Origin: Macrostomum hystrix
Taxonomy: Eukaryota; Animalia; Platyhelminthes
Direction: 5' to 3'
DNA: 64,000 bases
NCBI GenBank assembly: GCA_950097015.1
Contig: CATNEN010000029.1
Coordinates: forward strand, 2,914,001 to 2,978,000
Each line of letters opens with the position of its first letter. Positions within the stretch are counted from its first letter, which is position 1. This document shows positions 33,181 through 47,314 of this stretch, piece after piece. A program made the position numbers and the translations under genes. The notes beneath the pieces are model-generated. The model was not told the origin of the DNA, searched no databases, and worked only from the letters and a program-made list of their open reading frames with translations.

Positions 33181-36100
33181 TGGGCCTAGGTCTGCCTAGC
33201 TGGAGCCCGGCTTCGGACAGTCGGCTCAGGGCCACCGTCGAGGAGCTCACTGTGGAGAACCGCGTACTGCGCGATGAGGTGAGATCGACTGAGGCCAATC
33301 AGACACACTCCCAGATCATCAGGTTGATGAGACACTCCCAGATCATCAGGTTGATCAGACACTCCCAGATCATCAGGTTGATGAGACACTCCCAGATCAT
33401 CAGGTTGATGAGACACTCCCAGATCAACAGGTTGATGAGACACTCCCAGATCATCAGGTTGGTGAGACACTCCCAAATCATCAGGTTGGTGAGACACTCC
33501 CAGATCATCAGGTTGATGAGACACTCCCGGATTATCAGGTTGATGAGATACTCCCAGATCATCAGGTTGATGAGACACTCCTAGATCCTCTCAAGTTGAT
33601 CAGACACTCCCAGATCATCAGGTTGATGAGATACTCCCAGATCATCAGGTTGATGAGATACTCCCAGATCATCAGGTTGATGAGACACTCCCAGATCATC
33701 AGGTTGATGAGACACTCCCAGATCCTCTTAGGTTGATCAGACACTCCCAGCTCCTCTCAAGTTGATCAGACACTCCCAGATCCTCTCAAGTTGATCAGGC
33801 ATTCCCAGATCCTCTTAGGTTGATCAGACACTCCCAGCTCCTCTTAGGTTGATCAGACACTCCCAGCTCCTCTCAAGTTGATCAGACACTCCCAGATCCT
33901 CTCAAGTTGATCAGACACTCCCAGATCCTCTCAAGTTGATCAGACACTCCCAGATCCTCTCAAGTTGATCAGACACTCCCAGATCCTCTCAAGTTGATCA
34001 GACACTCCCAGATCCTCTCAAGTTGATCAGACACTCCCAGATCCTCTCAAGTTGATCAGACACTCCCAGATCCTCTCAAGTTGATCAGACACTCCCAGAT
34101 CCTCTCAAGTTGATCAGACACTCCCAGATCCTCTCAAGTTGATCAGACACTCCCAGATCCTCTCAAGTTGATCAGACACTCCCAGATCATCAGGTTGATG
34201 AGACACTCCCAGATCATCAGGTTGATGAGACACTCCCAGATCATCAGGTTGATGAGACACTCCCAGATAATCAGGTTGATGAGACACTCCCAGATCATCA
34301 GGTTGATGAAACACACTCCCAGATCATCAAGTTGATGAGACACTCCCAGATCATCAGGTTGATGAGACACTCCCAGATCATCAGGTTGATGAGACACTCC
34401 CAGATCAACAGGTTGATGAGACACTCCCAGATCAACAGGTTGATGAGACACTCCCAGATCATCAGGTTGGTGAGACACTCCCAGATCATCAGGTTGGTGA
34501 GACACTCCCAGATCAACAGGTTGATGAGACACTCCCAGATCATCAGGTTGGTGAGACACTCCCAGATCATCAGGTTGGTGAGACACTCCCAGATCATCAG
34601 GTTGATGAGACACTCCCAGATCATCAGGTTGATGAGACACTCCCAGATCATCAAGTTGATAAGACACTCCCAGATCATCAGGTTGATGAAACACACTCCC
34701 AGATCATCAAGTTGATGAAACACACTCCCAGATCATCAAGTTGATGAAACACACTCCCAGATCATCAAGTTGATGAGATACTCCCAGATAATCAGGTTGA
34801 TGAGACACTCCCAGATCATCAGGTTGATGAAACACACTCTCAGATCAACAGGTTGATGAGACACTCCCAGATCATCATGTTGATGAAACACACTCTCAGA
34901 TCAACAGGTTGATGAGACACTCCCAGATCATCAGGTTGATGAAACACACTCCCAGATCATCAAGTTGATGAGACACTCCCAGATCATCAGGTTGATGAGA
35001 CACTCCCAGATCAACAGGTTGATCAGTGTTTCATCATTGATTGAAATCCCAACCTGTAGGTGACGCGGCTGCGCCAGAAGGAGCGCCCGGATTTTTCGCA
35101 CCTTCGCGAAGATGTTGGCGGCCTTCGCTCCGAGATGGACTCGCTGCGAGAGAAGAACAGTCAGCTCGTGCAAGAGAACAGGCGACTCCTGGGCAGCGTG
35201 TCCTCCGGTGACTCCATGACTTTGTCCGGCTACCACCATCGACCGCTGATGTACGACGGCGTCATCAACAGTGTGGGAGGTTAGTGAACAGATTACAGAT
35301 CAATAGGAAAACCCTATAAATCAGACCCCATTTTTCGGATTTTGTTTCTATAGTGTGTGAAACTTTCCTGCACCTACTTTTACTTTCAACATCAGCGTTA
35401 AAAATGCAATCTGTGTTGTTCCAATCGCAATTTTTGCACTGATTGGATTATAGATTGCAATCAATGTGGAATCCCATGGGACAGTTAGGGGTAGAAATAA
35501 ACACTCGCGTTGCATTTTGTTCCAATTTAACTATCATTGTTTGTTTTTCCAAGACAGCGACTTCTAGCTTTGCTTTCTACCATAGACTACGGACCCTTCC
35601 TAAATTATTCATATTAATCTGTGACCGCCAGATTGTTTTCGCTTTGCTTCTTTGTCTATGGCTATGATAGATAAATGATAGAGCGTTCGCATCACCTGAA
35701 CATTGTACACTTTTGGAGGGGTTTTTTCCCAGCCACCAATGAAGCCTGATTGTTGCACGCCTTTACTGTCTATGTCCCGAACCCCGCCAGCTCGTCTCGC
35801 TGTCTTACAGCCTTCCCCAAACTGAGTTCTCTTGCTGCCCTAAGTCAGGCGGTCTACTTTTGGACCATAGACATTTCGGGCGTGCACCAATCGACAAAAT
35901 AATCGATTGCTGCACGCCCCGCGAGACCGCTGGCTATATCCGCTCCGTGAGACTGATTGTTGCACGCCCCAACTGTCTGTGGTCCAAAAGTATACAATGC
36001 CAGTGATAAACGGCTATTCGTACTGCAAAGTTTTAAACCTCGGGTGCTACGCGCCCTCGGTTAAAAACATTGCAGCACTCATAGCCGTTTATTACTATAT

Positions 36101-37499
36101 CAGACTTCAATACCACCCGGACAGACTTCAATACCACCTGAACAGACTTCAATACCACCCGAACAGACTTCAATACCAACCGTAACGACGCTCGCCAAAC
36201 ATTGTCACGCACAGGGGCCGCTGATCGTTTATACATTGTTGCAGGCTCGGCTAGCAGAGATTTCTGCGCCAATGGCGCTACTACCGGCCTGCATCGCGGG
36301 CTGGGCTCCAATCTTCGGGCTCAGTCTATGGCCGATGTCAGCTGTGAGCAAGCCTCGCACTCTGGAACGCGTCCACCCTATAAAATTTTTTCTGTTTGAT
36401 TCATTATTTTTAATTTTAGATTTTTCAAACTTCCTCAAACACACTTGGCTTGCTGTTCCAACCCTTACACTCCTGTGTAGACACTAGTTTATTCACACTA
36501 TAATTTCCTCCGGGCGCCAGTCGTCCACTGTAAACGAGTAAATTTACGTTGAGCTTTTCTTTGGTAACGCTGTCCCAAGCACAAAAATGTGTGTCGTACT
36601 TTTTTCCACACGTAGACTAAGCAGATTACTAATCGCAATAATGATTTTGATTGTCGTAATTGAGCGGCGACTGAAAAGAGGAACACAGCACTCAAATTAG
36701 GTGAAAATCGGCCTTCCAATTTTCATTGGGTGGCGTCAGTCACGTGATTTGGCGAAGGGTGGGTTCAAAATAAAATGTTTTAAAAATAGCGACAATTCAG
36801 CCCTTCGTCGGACAATCAGAATTCCGAAGTAATTTGTTCACCAGGGTTGTTTAAGCCGCTGTCACTCTATTTTAGTTGTGTGGTGCCATCGTATGGCGAA
36901 AGGGAACAAAAAGCAGGTAAAGAAACAAAGTAACGGACTGCCGGTTCGTACTGACACAATGCCAGCGTTACTCCCTGCTTCATTCACAAATTTGTTATTC
37001 ACATTTATGCATTTTTTTCGTTTTTAACCGTTATACTGCTCTCGGTACGCCGACACACCCTCCGCGTCTTTCATTGGCTGCTGCCTCTATCAATTCTTCC
37101 TGAAAAATTCCAAAGCACTTAATTTTTTCACCCACCTCCCTCCGCGTCTCTCATTGGCTGTGTCACTTTTTACTCGTAAAATTCCAATGCAGTTAAATTC
37201 TTCACCAACCTTTCTACGCGATTCCGATTGGCTGCGGGTTCTGCCATATTTTATTGACAGTCTTATCTCATTCCAACGTGTAATGTTCACAACGCCAAGC
37301 TACAATGTTTAGTTACAGCTTCCTCCTTCATCGTTCCGCAGCCATCTCATCTGGTCGTCAAAATCAACAGTCGCAGCCGCACTTCGAGGCTAGAAGCTAC
37401 CAGCGATACGAGCAGCCTTTTGAAATGTCCGCTTCAACAACTCTGGATCGACAATCGCGCTCTCGTTCGCCAACGCGCCAATCTCTAAGTCAACATCGT

Positions 37500-37531
<32 letters not shown>

Positions 37532-39097
37532 AAAGCAGGCGTTTTTTGACGCTTCAATCGAAACAGCGCAGAAATCAGCCACTTGGAAGAAGCGCCACCC
37601 AGCGGTACCGCCGCTAGCCCTGTCGGGCGCCGCTGCTCCCGCTGGCAATGGAACAGCCGCCGCAGCAAAAGCTGCCGCTATTCGGGCTGACGACTCTGGC
37701 GACTCAACTGACACTATACTGACAGATGTCGAGCGGGAGTTTGAAGGCTTCGATTCCGGCAAGGGTGAGACCCATGTTGACCATGTTAGTGGGCTGGGAG
37801 ACCAGACTGGAGTATAAATTCGTACCTGAATTGCCATTGCCTGCCTTACAAAATCTCCTAATGACCCATTTTCGTGAAAGTCCACCATATGCATCAAATT
37901 TTCCGCACTTTACGATGAACTAACTTTCGAAGCCGTCCGAGTCAGCATCGTCTAGATATTCAGCGATTCTTGTGGACGAGGACAACTACAATTGCTCTGC
38001 ATAAACCTTTTTGACGAATCCATATTCGTATGGTATTTGAAATTACCCCGGTCTTAAACAGTATTTCTACTGCTAACGGAATAGCGTAGTCAACGCGACA
38101 TTAGTACTCAAATCCACCACTTCTAGCCGGCTACCGCAGCAAGTATTCGCGAGAGATTTCGCCTGTGCGTCAATCGGCTGCTGGCAAGGACAAACAGCAG
38201 CAGTTTCACATTGGCTCTCGACACGGCCGATCTAGTTCCAGCCTGGCCGTTGATCGCTCTGGTGTCATGATTTTGCCGCCTCCGGCGTCGCCTCTGTCGC
38301 CGCCGATTACGCCGCCGTCACCGCCGCCCCGACGGCATCACCAGTTCCCGTCGGACAGTCCGTTCTCCACCGTCGGCCGGCATCCGTTTGCTCCGAAGCA
38401 TCACGCCGACATTCGATCGGGAGATTTAGTGAAATTCACCAGACAGGGCGGCCGAATCTCCAAGGGCCTGGTGCACTACATCGGCCGCCTACCGGGCAGG
38501 AACGATGTCTACATCGGCGTGGAGCTGGACCACGAGGAGGGCAAGCACGACGGAGTGTACGACGGACGGCGATACTTCCAATGGTGAGTGTGAACTCTGA
38601 CCGTCTGTGAGAGCGACTTGATAAAAAAGTTACGAACACTTCGTGATAAGGAAACCCATTCCTCACGGCCTATTTTCCATACTCAATTTTCCTGTGCACA
38701 TCATTTGGTGACAGTAGACCCGCAGCCAGCGAGGAGGCAATTCTGCCCATTTCGCTGACTCCTGAGCACACGCACACAGGTGTGTACATTTGCCCTGACG
38801 ACAAGCCCCCAAGCCTTCTCTCCGCGGCTGCGCCCCAAATTAATGTGGCCTCGCCGCGGAAACGAGCTCAAGGACTTTCGTGCGAGAGGCAACCGCGTTA
38901 TCTGCTCTGCCACTCACCCTCAGTCGCTAAATTTCACGCTCCAGTTTTAGATCTGGGGCGATTAGGTGAGCATGAACATTATACCTATGTTAGTTATCCT
39001 AACGGATTATTAATCTACCTGCGACCATTTCAGCAAGCCACACAAAGGTGTCTTCGTCGCCTTCAACAAGCTGATCATGTGCTACCAGTCCAAGTGA
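30533..39097 (+). CDS. Coiled-coil protein with a single C-terminal CAP-Gly domain; probable exons 30533..30880, ~31425-31555..32037, 33061..33279, 35061..~35278, 36214..36343, 37341..37763, 38127..38583, 39034..39097
   Basis: GDLVKFTRQGGRISKGLVHYIGRLPGRNDVYIGVELDHEEGKHDGVYDGRRYFQC|KPHKGVFV is a CAP-Gly domain (GKHDG). Several heptad-rich exons. The start of exon 2 is uncertain. Confidence 0.75.
31085..31185 (-). mobile_element. 5' fragment of a second tRNA-derived SINE
   Basis: Minus strand GTAGCCCAGCGGATAGAGC..GGTTCGAG followed by GTGACCTTGAG; no cloverleaf 3' end. Confidence 0.55.
32608..32920 (-). mobile_element. tRNA-derived SINE, same family as 21408..21766, internally deleted
   Basis: Alignable head, body and (ATT)n tail. 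Confidence 0.85.
33300..35025. repeat. 27-bp minisatellite (GTTGATGAGACACTCCCAGATCATCAG) with a 29-bp variant block at about 33715-34180; CAP-Gly gene intron 3
   Basis: Tandem units are directly visible. Confidence 0.95.
38700..38921 (-). mobile_element. tRNA-derived SINE, same family, tail-truncated and deleted
   Basis: Alignable with the other copies. Confidence 0.8.
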
Positions 39098-39488
39098 ACC
39101 CACTCTCGCCTGCCTACCTGATCAATCTAATGCAGCTGCATTGATGACTAAATATTACTGCTCACGTGATTCAATAGCGACCGAAACTAGAAAATTCATT
39201 TAAAACAATAGATTTCAGTAGTAATCAGCCCTCAAAATTTCTTTGGCTAAGTTCCACAAAAAGTCTGTGTTCTAAAAATAGAAACATTGAGGCCTTCCAA
39301 GAAAAAAGATAGCTGTGTTCTACTGCAACTTTATGTTCAAAGAGAACATACGAGCTAGCTATATGCAGTCCTGTCTTTTGAATTCGACTGTTCTCCGTTG
39401 GCAACTAAATATATCGATAATGTAACTTTAGCCGTCATTGACGCAAGACTATAAAGTAAAACTAAATTTAAGCAGTCCTAACAAATCG

Positions 39489-40078
39489 ATTGGGATCTGA
39501 ATCTGGATTGGGATCTGAATCTGGATTGGGATCTGAATCAGGATTGGAATCAGAATAAGGGATTGGGATCTGAATCTGGATTGGGATCTGAATCTGGATT
39601 GGGATCTGAATCTGAATTATGATCTGAATCTGGATTGGGATCTGAATCTGGATTGGGATCTGAATAGGGGATTGGGATCAGAATCTGGATCGGGATCAGA
39701 ATCTGGATTGGGATCAGAATCTGGATTGGGATCAGAATCTGGATTGGGATCAGAATCTGGATTGGGATCAGAATCTGGATTGGGATCAGAATCTGGATCG
39801 GGATCAGAATCTGGATCGGGATCAGAATCTGGATTGGGATCAGAATCTGGATTGGGATCAGAATCTGGATCGGGATCAGAATCTGGATCGGGATCAGAAT
39901 CTGGATTGGGATCAGAATCTGGATTGGGATAGAATCAGGATTGGGATCAGAATCTGGATTGGGATAGAATCTAGATTGGGATCAGAATCTGGATCGGGAT
40001 AGAATCAGGATTGGGATCAGAATAGGGGATTGGGATCAGAATCTGGATCGGGATCACAATCTGGATTGGGATCAGAAT
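39489..40078. repeat. 18-bp minisatellite (GATTGGGATCAGAATCTG)
   Basis: About 32 units downstream of the CAP-Gly stop codon. Confidence 0.93.
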
Positions 40079-40865
40079 AAAAATAAAGTTGTTTTAAGTA
40101 ACATACTGATTCAATATAAGACTGTCGGAAGTATTTTGTTGTTTTTTTCTTGTCCTCGTCCTCATCCATCGTTGAGGCGTCCTTAGCTAAAACGTCCTTT
40201 CTTCTTAGAAACTTGTCTTCCTGTTTGTTAGGGCAAAGTAAATTACTTAAAATAATTGAAGAAAGCACATTGTAGTTTTTCACCCGCATATGTTCCAGTT
40301 GTTTTTCCTCATTTTATTATCGGCATTGCTTTTGTCTCTCACACTACTGCTCCGAAGTAGCTAGTTTAGTCTTTTTAACGCAGGCTTTTTCTGTATAAAT
40401 ACAGAATAAATTTCTGCCAGTGTTCTGGATGGACGAAGCATGGATGGAATTAAGTAACTAGGCTTGGGCGCTGTGTGCAGGAATTAAAGAAAAAATTGTA
40501 AAAACAGATCAACTTAATTTTTTTTTTATTTCGCAGTTTTAGCAATTCAATTTAAGTCGAATTCATTCATAATGATTAGTTATTTTAATGCACGCTAGAC
40601 TACTAACAGTAGTTTTTCAGCCTGAAGCAGCGATTACTGGCTGGTTCAGAACATTTCGCATTGCTTTGTTGTTAGTTTTCGACTTAATGCTTCTGTGATA
40701 AACTTACTGAATCAGCTGTGTTTTTTGTATTGAAATTTAGAAGTAAATATAATGACAAAAATAAGTTAAAACAAACAAGCTAGTATTAATATGATTCTAA
40801 TTTGCTTTTGGATGTAGACAAATTTGGCATAAGAATTTTCTCTTCAAATTAAACTGTCATCAAAT

Positions 40866-43800
40866 GTTTGTGAAAAGGGCTTTGTCATCAACTGTGTCAT
40901 CAACTGGATGTGATGAGGGCTGTGTCATCAACTGGATGTGATGAGGGCTGTGTCATCAACTGGATGTGATGAGGGCTGTGTCATCAACTGGGTGTGATGA
41001 GGGCTGTGTCATCAACTGGGTGTGATGAGGGCTTTGTCATCAACTGGATGTGATAAAGGCTGTGTCATCAACTGGGTGTGATGAGGGCTGTGTCATCAAC
41101 TGGGTGTGATGAGGGCTGTGTCATCAACTGTGTCATCAACTGGATGTGATGAGGGCTGTGTCATCAACTGGATGTGATGAGGGCTGTGTCATCAACTGGA
41201 TGTGATGAGGCTGTGTCATCAACTGGGTGTGATGAGGGCTGTGTCATCAACTGGATGTGATGAGGGCTGTGTCATCAACTGGGTGTGATGAGGGCTTTGT
41301 CATCAACTGGATGTGATAAAGGCTGTGTCATCAACTGGGTGTGATGAGAGCTGTGTCATCAACTGGGTGTGATGAGGGCTGTGTCATCAACTGGGTGTGA
41401 TGAGGGCTTTGTCATCAACTGGGTGTGATGAGGGCTGTGTCATCAACTGGGTGTGATGAGGGCTTTGTCATCAACTGGATGTGATGAGGGCTGTGTCATC
41501 AACTGGGTGTGATGAGGGCTTTGTCATCAACTGGATGTGATGAGGGCTGTGTCATCAACTGGGTGTGATGAGGGCTTTGTCATCAACTGGATGTGATAAG
41601 GCTGTGTCATCAACTGGGTGTGATGAGGGCTGTGTCATCAACTGGGTGTGATGAGGGCTGTGTCATCAACTGGGTGTGATGAGGGCTGTGTCATCAACTG
41701 GATGTGATGAGGGCTGTGTCATCAACTGGGTGTGATGAGGGCTTTGTCATCAACTGGATGTGATGAGGGCTTTGTCATCAACTGGATGTGATAAAGGCTG
41801 TGTCATCAACTGGGTGTGATGAGGGCTGTGTCATCAACTGGATGTGATGAGGGCTGTGTCATCAACTGGATGTGATGAGGGCTTTGTCATCAACTGGGTG
41901 TGATAAAGGCTGTGTCATCAACTGGGTGTGATGAGGGCTGTGTCATCAACTGGGTGTGATGAGGGCTGTGTCATCAACTGGATGTGATGAGGGCTGTGTC
42001 ATCAACTGGGTGTGATGAGGGCTTTGTCATCAACTGGGTGTGATGAGGGCTGTGTCATCAACTGGGTGTGATGAGGGCTTTGTCATCAACTGGGTGTGAT
42101 GAGGGCTGTGTCATCAACTGGATGTGATGAGGGCTGTGTCATCAACTGGGTGTGATGAGGGCTGTGTCATCAACTGGGTGTGATGAGGGCTGTGTCATCA
42201 ACTGGGTGTGATGAGGGCTGTGTCATCAACTGGGTGTGATGAGGGCTGTGTCATCAACTGGGTGTTATGAGGGCTGTGTCATCAACTGGATGTGATGAGG
42301 GCTGTGTCATCAACTGGGTGTGATGAAGGCTGTGTCATCAACTGGATGTGATGAGGGCTTTGTCATCAACTGGGTGTGATGAGGGCTGTGTCATCAACTG
42401 GGTGTGATGAGGGCTGTGTCATCAACTGGATGTGATGAGGGCTGTGTCATCAACTGGGTGTGATGAGGGCTGTGTCATCAACTGGATGTGATGAGGGCTG
42501 TGTCATCAACTGGATGTGATGAGGGCTTTGTCATCAACTGGATGTGATGAGGGCTGTGTCATCAACTGGGTATGATAAGGGCTTAGGGCTGTGTCATCAA
42601 CTGGGTGTGATGAGGGCTTTGTCATCAACTGGATGTGATAAAGGCTGTGTCATCAACTGGGTGTGATGAGGGCTGTGTCATCAACTGGGTGTGATGAGGG
42701 CTGTGTCATCAACTGTGTCATCAACTGGATGTGATCAGGGCTGTGTCATCAACTGGATGTGATGAGGGCTGTGTCATCAACTGGATGTGATGAGGGCTGT
42801 GTCATCAACTGGGTGTGATGAGGGCTGTGTCATCAACTGGATGTGATGAGGGCTGTGTCATCAACTGGGTGTGATGAGGGCTTTGTCATCAACTGGATGT
42901 GATAAAGGCTGTGTCATCAACTGGTGTGATGAGAGCTGTGTCATCAACTGGGTGTGATGAGGGCTGTGTCATCAACTGGGTGTGATGAGGGCTTTGTCAT
43001 CAACTGGGTGTGATGAGGGCTGTGTCATCAACTGGGTGTGATGAGGGCTTTGTCATCAACTGGATGTGATGAGGGCTGTGTCATCAACTGGGTGTGATGA
43101 GGGCTTTGTCATCAACTGGATGTGATGAGGGCTGTGTCATCAACTGGGTGTGATGAGGGCTTTGTCATCAACTGGATGTGATAAAGGCTGTGTCATCAAC
43201 TGGGTGTGATGAGGGCTGTGTCATCAACTGGGTGTGATGAGGGCTGTGTCATCAACTGGGTGTGATGAGGGCTGTGTCATCAACTGGATGTGATGAGGGC
43301 TGTGTCATCAACTGGGTGTGATGAGGGCTTTGTCATCAACTGGATGTGATGAGGGCTGTGTCATCAACTGGATGTGATGAGGGCTTTGTCATCAACTGGG
43401 TGTGATAAAGGCTGTGTCATCAACTGGGTGTGATGAGGGCTGTGTCATCAACTGGGTGCGATGAGGGCTGTGTCATCAACTGGATGTGATGAGGGCTGTG
43501 TCATCAACTGGGTGTGATGAGGGCTTTGTCATCAACTGGGTGTGATGAGGGCTTTGTCATCAACTGGGTGTGATGAGGGCTGTGTCATCAACTGGGTGTG
43601 ATGAGGGCTTTGTCATCAACTGGGTGTGATGAGGGCTGTGTCATCAACTGGATGTGATGAGGGCTGTGTCATCAACTGGGTGTGATGAGGGCTGTGTCAT
43701 CAACTGGGTGTGATGAGGGCTGTGTCATCAACTGGGTGTGATGAGGGCTGTGTCATCAACTGGGTGTGATGAGGGCTGTGTCATCAACTGGGTGTGATGA

Positions 43801-45693
43801 GGGCTGTGTCATCAACTGGGTGTGATGAGGGCTGTGTCATCAACTGGATGTGATGAGGGCTGTGTCATCAACTGGGTGTGATGAAGGCTGTGTCATCAAC
43901 TGGATGTGATGAGGGCTGTGTCATCAACTGGGTGTGATGAGGGCTGTGTCATCAACTGGGTGTGATGAGGGCTGTGTCATCAACTGGATGTGATGAGGGC
44001 TTTGTCATCAACTGGATGTGATGAGGGCTGTGTCATCAACTGGGTGTGATGAGGGCTGTGTCATCAACTGGGTGTGATGAGGGCTGTGTCATCAACTGGA
44101 TGTGATGAGGGCTGTGTCATCAACTGGGTGTGATGAAGGCTTTGTCATCAACTGGATGTGATGAGGGCTGTGTCATCAACTGGGTGTGATAAAGGCTGTG
44201 TCATCAACTGGATGTGATGAGGGCTGTGTCATCAACTGGATGTGATGAGGGCTGTGTCATCAACTGGGTGTGATGAAGGCGGTGTCATCAACTGGGTGTG
44301 ATGAGGGCTGTGTCATCAACTGGGTGTGATGAGGGCTGTGTCATCAACTGGATGTGATGAGGGCTGTGTCATCAACTGGATGTGATGAGGGCTGTGTCAT
44401 CAACTGGGTGTGATGAGGGCTGTGTCATCAACTGGATGTGATGAGGGCTGTGTCATCAACTGGGTGTGATGAGGGCTGTGTCATCAACTGGATGTGATGA
44501 GGGCTTTGTCATCAACTGGGTGTGATGAGGGCTGTGTCATCAACTGGGTGTGATGAGGGCTGTGTCATCAACTGTGTCATCAACTGGATGTGATGAGGGC
44601 TGTGTCATCAACTGGATGTGATGAGGGCTGTGTCATCAACTGGATGTGATGAGGGCTGTGTCATCAACTGGGTGTGATGAGGGCTTTGTCATCAACTGGG
44701 TGTGATGAGGGCAGTGTCATCAACTGGGTGTGATGAGGGCTGTGTCATCAACTGGGTGTGATGAGGGCTGTGTCATCAACTGGGTGTGATGAGGGCTGTG
44801 TCATCAACTGGGTGTGATGAAGGCTGTGTCATCAACTGGGTGTGATGAGGGCTGTGTCATCAACTGGGTGTGATGAGGGCTGTGTCATCAACTGGATGTG
44901 ATGAGGGCTGTGTCATCAACTGGATGTGATGAGGGCTGTGTCATCAACTGGGTGTGATGAGGGCTGTGTCATCAACTGGATGTGATGAGGGCTGTGTCAT
45001 CAACTGGGTGTGATGAGGGCTGTGTCATCAACTGGGTGTGATGAGGGCTGTGTCATCAACTGGGTGTGATGAGGGCTGTGTCATCAACTGGATGTGATGA
45101 GGGCTTATTCATCAACTGGATGTGATGAGGGCTGTGTCATCAACTGGGTGTGATGAGGGCTTTGTCATCAACTGGGTGTGATGAGGGCAGTGTCATCAAC
45201 TGGGTGTGATGAGGGCTGTGTCATCAACTGGGTGTGATGAGGGCTGTGTCATCAACTGGGTGTGATGAGGGCTGTGTCATCAACTGGATGTGATGAGGGC
45301 TTATTCATCAACTGGATGTGATGAGGGCTGTGTCATCAACTGGGTGTGATGAGGGCTTTGTCATCAACTGGGTGTGATGAGGGCAGTGTCATCAACTGGG
45401 TGTGATGAGGGCTGTGTCATCAACTGGGTGTGATGAGGGCTGTGTCATCAACTGGGTGTGATGAGGGCTGTGTCATCAACTGGGTGTGATGAGGGCTGTG
45501 TCATCAACTGGGTGTGATGATGGCTGTGTCATCAACTGGATGTGATGAGGGCTGTGTCATCAACTGGGTGTGATGAGGGCTGTGTCATCAACTGGGTGTG
45601 ATGAGGGCTGTGTCATCAACTGGGTGTGATGAGGGCTGTGTCATCAACTGGATGTGATGAGGGCTGTGTCATCAACTGGATGTGATGAGGGCT
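40866..45693. repeat. 4.8-kb 28-bp satellite (TGTGTCATCAACTGGGTGTGATGAGGGC)
   Basis: About 170 units, no spacers; internal inverted repeat TCATCA/TGATGA. Confidence 0.97.
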
Positions 45694-45930
45694 GATAGCC
45701 GAGAATAAAATTAATTAATTTTATCATTCTCGTAAAAATTTAGACCTTTTTAATTTAAAACCCTGCATAAGAAATCTGTGTATTAGGAAGTCATTCAAAT
45801 TATAAAACCACCCAATGGCTGCTGGGATTGGTCAAATTCGAAGAGGCACCTGTTTCTGTTCTCAATAAAGTGGACTTCTCAATCACCCCAACCGTTTGCT
45901 TGACTCCCACCCCAGCCACAATAGACCGAA

Positions 45931-47314
45931 ATGGCCCAGAAGCTGAAAATTATCCTCGCCTTGGCCTGTCTCAGCTTGGCTCTATCTTCTGAGTCTACTC
46001 CGCCAGACTATAGGCCGGAAGTGCACATTCTGATTTGCGACTCAATCGACATACCCTTTGTTAACGACATCTACTACCTGAAATATTGGGTTCGCTACCT
46101 CAACAGTCGTTCAGATTTGTTTCCGAGCTTTCGTCTGGCGCCAACTTATAAAGAAATTCGAGAGGGTAAATTGATTCGTTTAAATTTCACTTTGTCAGCG
46201 CTAGACCAGCATTAGAACAATCACGTTAGACCTGTAGTTGTACGATAAATTTGAATTTTTCGATACATATCGCCATTTTATTAAACTGCAGTATCATAGT
46301 ATCACCAAGCAATTTTGCCGCACGTTTTTATACCAAGGGGGGAATTCCCCCCACCCCACTGAAAATTTCTTCTGCACCCGAACGGAACAATGTAAGCTCA
46401 AGAACAAGGGGCCAAATTTTTGTTGCGCATCTTCTGAAACAAAAATCAAGTCTCCAGCTCTTCAGACCGTCGAGATATTCAATGGTTCTGGCCGAAGGTC
46501 AGATTTTTGCCTTAAGAGAGAGACTGTGTACTTCATTCACCCCTATACACGAATTAGCACTGCGCCTCCGTGCGGCCTTGCCAGGCCTTCAAAATTTATC
46601 AGCACGTCACCCGAATGTGCCTGCATCATCTCCGACTTCGGTGTTGTCACCGACTTTGATCTAGACGGAGCTGCTGGACCTTCAACAAGGTGACTAAATT
46701 ATTGTTTCAAAAGAAGTTGGCCCGTGTTCTTGAGTTTCGTGTGCTTGCGTTGCTCCATTCATCTGCTGCACAAATAATTGTCAGTAGGGAATTCTCCCGC
46801 CCTTGGGAGCTCATTGTTAATCAATTCAATAAGAAGCAGATGAAAAATCATCTTATTTGCAGTTTATCTACGAGTATAAAACAATCAAATCATTGATTTC
46901 AGACTACAAGTGCGTCAGTTATAAAAACGAACGATTTGCTTACTTGAAGAACACAGTTTTGAGTGGTCACCTTGCATTCAATTCCGAATTTTTCGTCTAG
47001 TTTTCATCTTTCTGAGCACTAAATGAAAAATTCTGTCGATTAATTTATTAAGCGCCAAGTCCCACTCAAATTAATTGCTGCGGGTTAAACTAGTCAAAAA
47101 ATTCACTTTTGTTGCTTTACGAAAATAAATTCTCATCGATTGCCGCCAATAAAATCACAAACCAGCAAGAAGACATTGGCGCCGCGCTGAAGGCATTCGT
47201 TGACGGCTACCCGGCTACCTGAGTGGCAGCAGCAAGGCCCTGATGCTGGGGGCCAGCTTCTCACAGCAGTCTCAGGTGATCGCTGAGCTGGCTCGCTACT
47301 ACTGCCTGACTCAG
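45931..47314 (+). pseudogene. 5'-partial duplicate of the GABA-B-like receptor (exon 1 45931..~46165, exon 2 ~47166..47314)
   Basis: Signal peptide plus EVHILI..YLNSRSDLFPSFRLAP parallels the downstream gene. Exon 2 carries an 8-bp duplication (GGCTACCC, 47205-47212) that shifts the frame. I found no exon 3 before 49694. Confidence 0.7.
46335..46690. repeat. Unclassified interspersed repeat of ~330 bp; second copy at about 51300..51630
   Basis: Shared TGCACCCGAACGGAACAA, GGGCCAAATTTTTGTTGCGCATCTTCTGAAACA, CCCCTATACACGAATTAGCACTGCGCCTC and CTAGACGGA.CTGCTGGACCTTCAA. Confidence 0.8.

Noticed and set aside
33300-35025. Hammerhead ribozyme core in TGATGAG/TGATGAAAC-containing repeats
   Set aside because: No CUGAUGA plus GAAA arrangement with closing stems that I could find.
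39672-40289. (GSESGL)n ORF and an adjacent acidic/basic minus-strand ORF
   Set aside because: 18-bp repeat artefact; the neighbouring ORF is short with no supporting motif.
40866-45693. CRISPR-like palindromic 28-bp repeats
   Set aside because: Units are contiguous with no unique spacers, there are no cas genes, and the context is eukaryotic.
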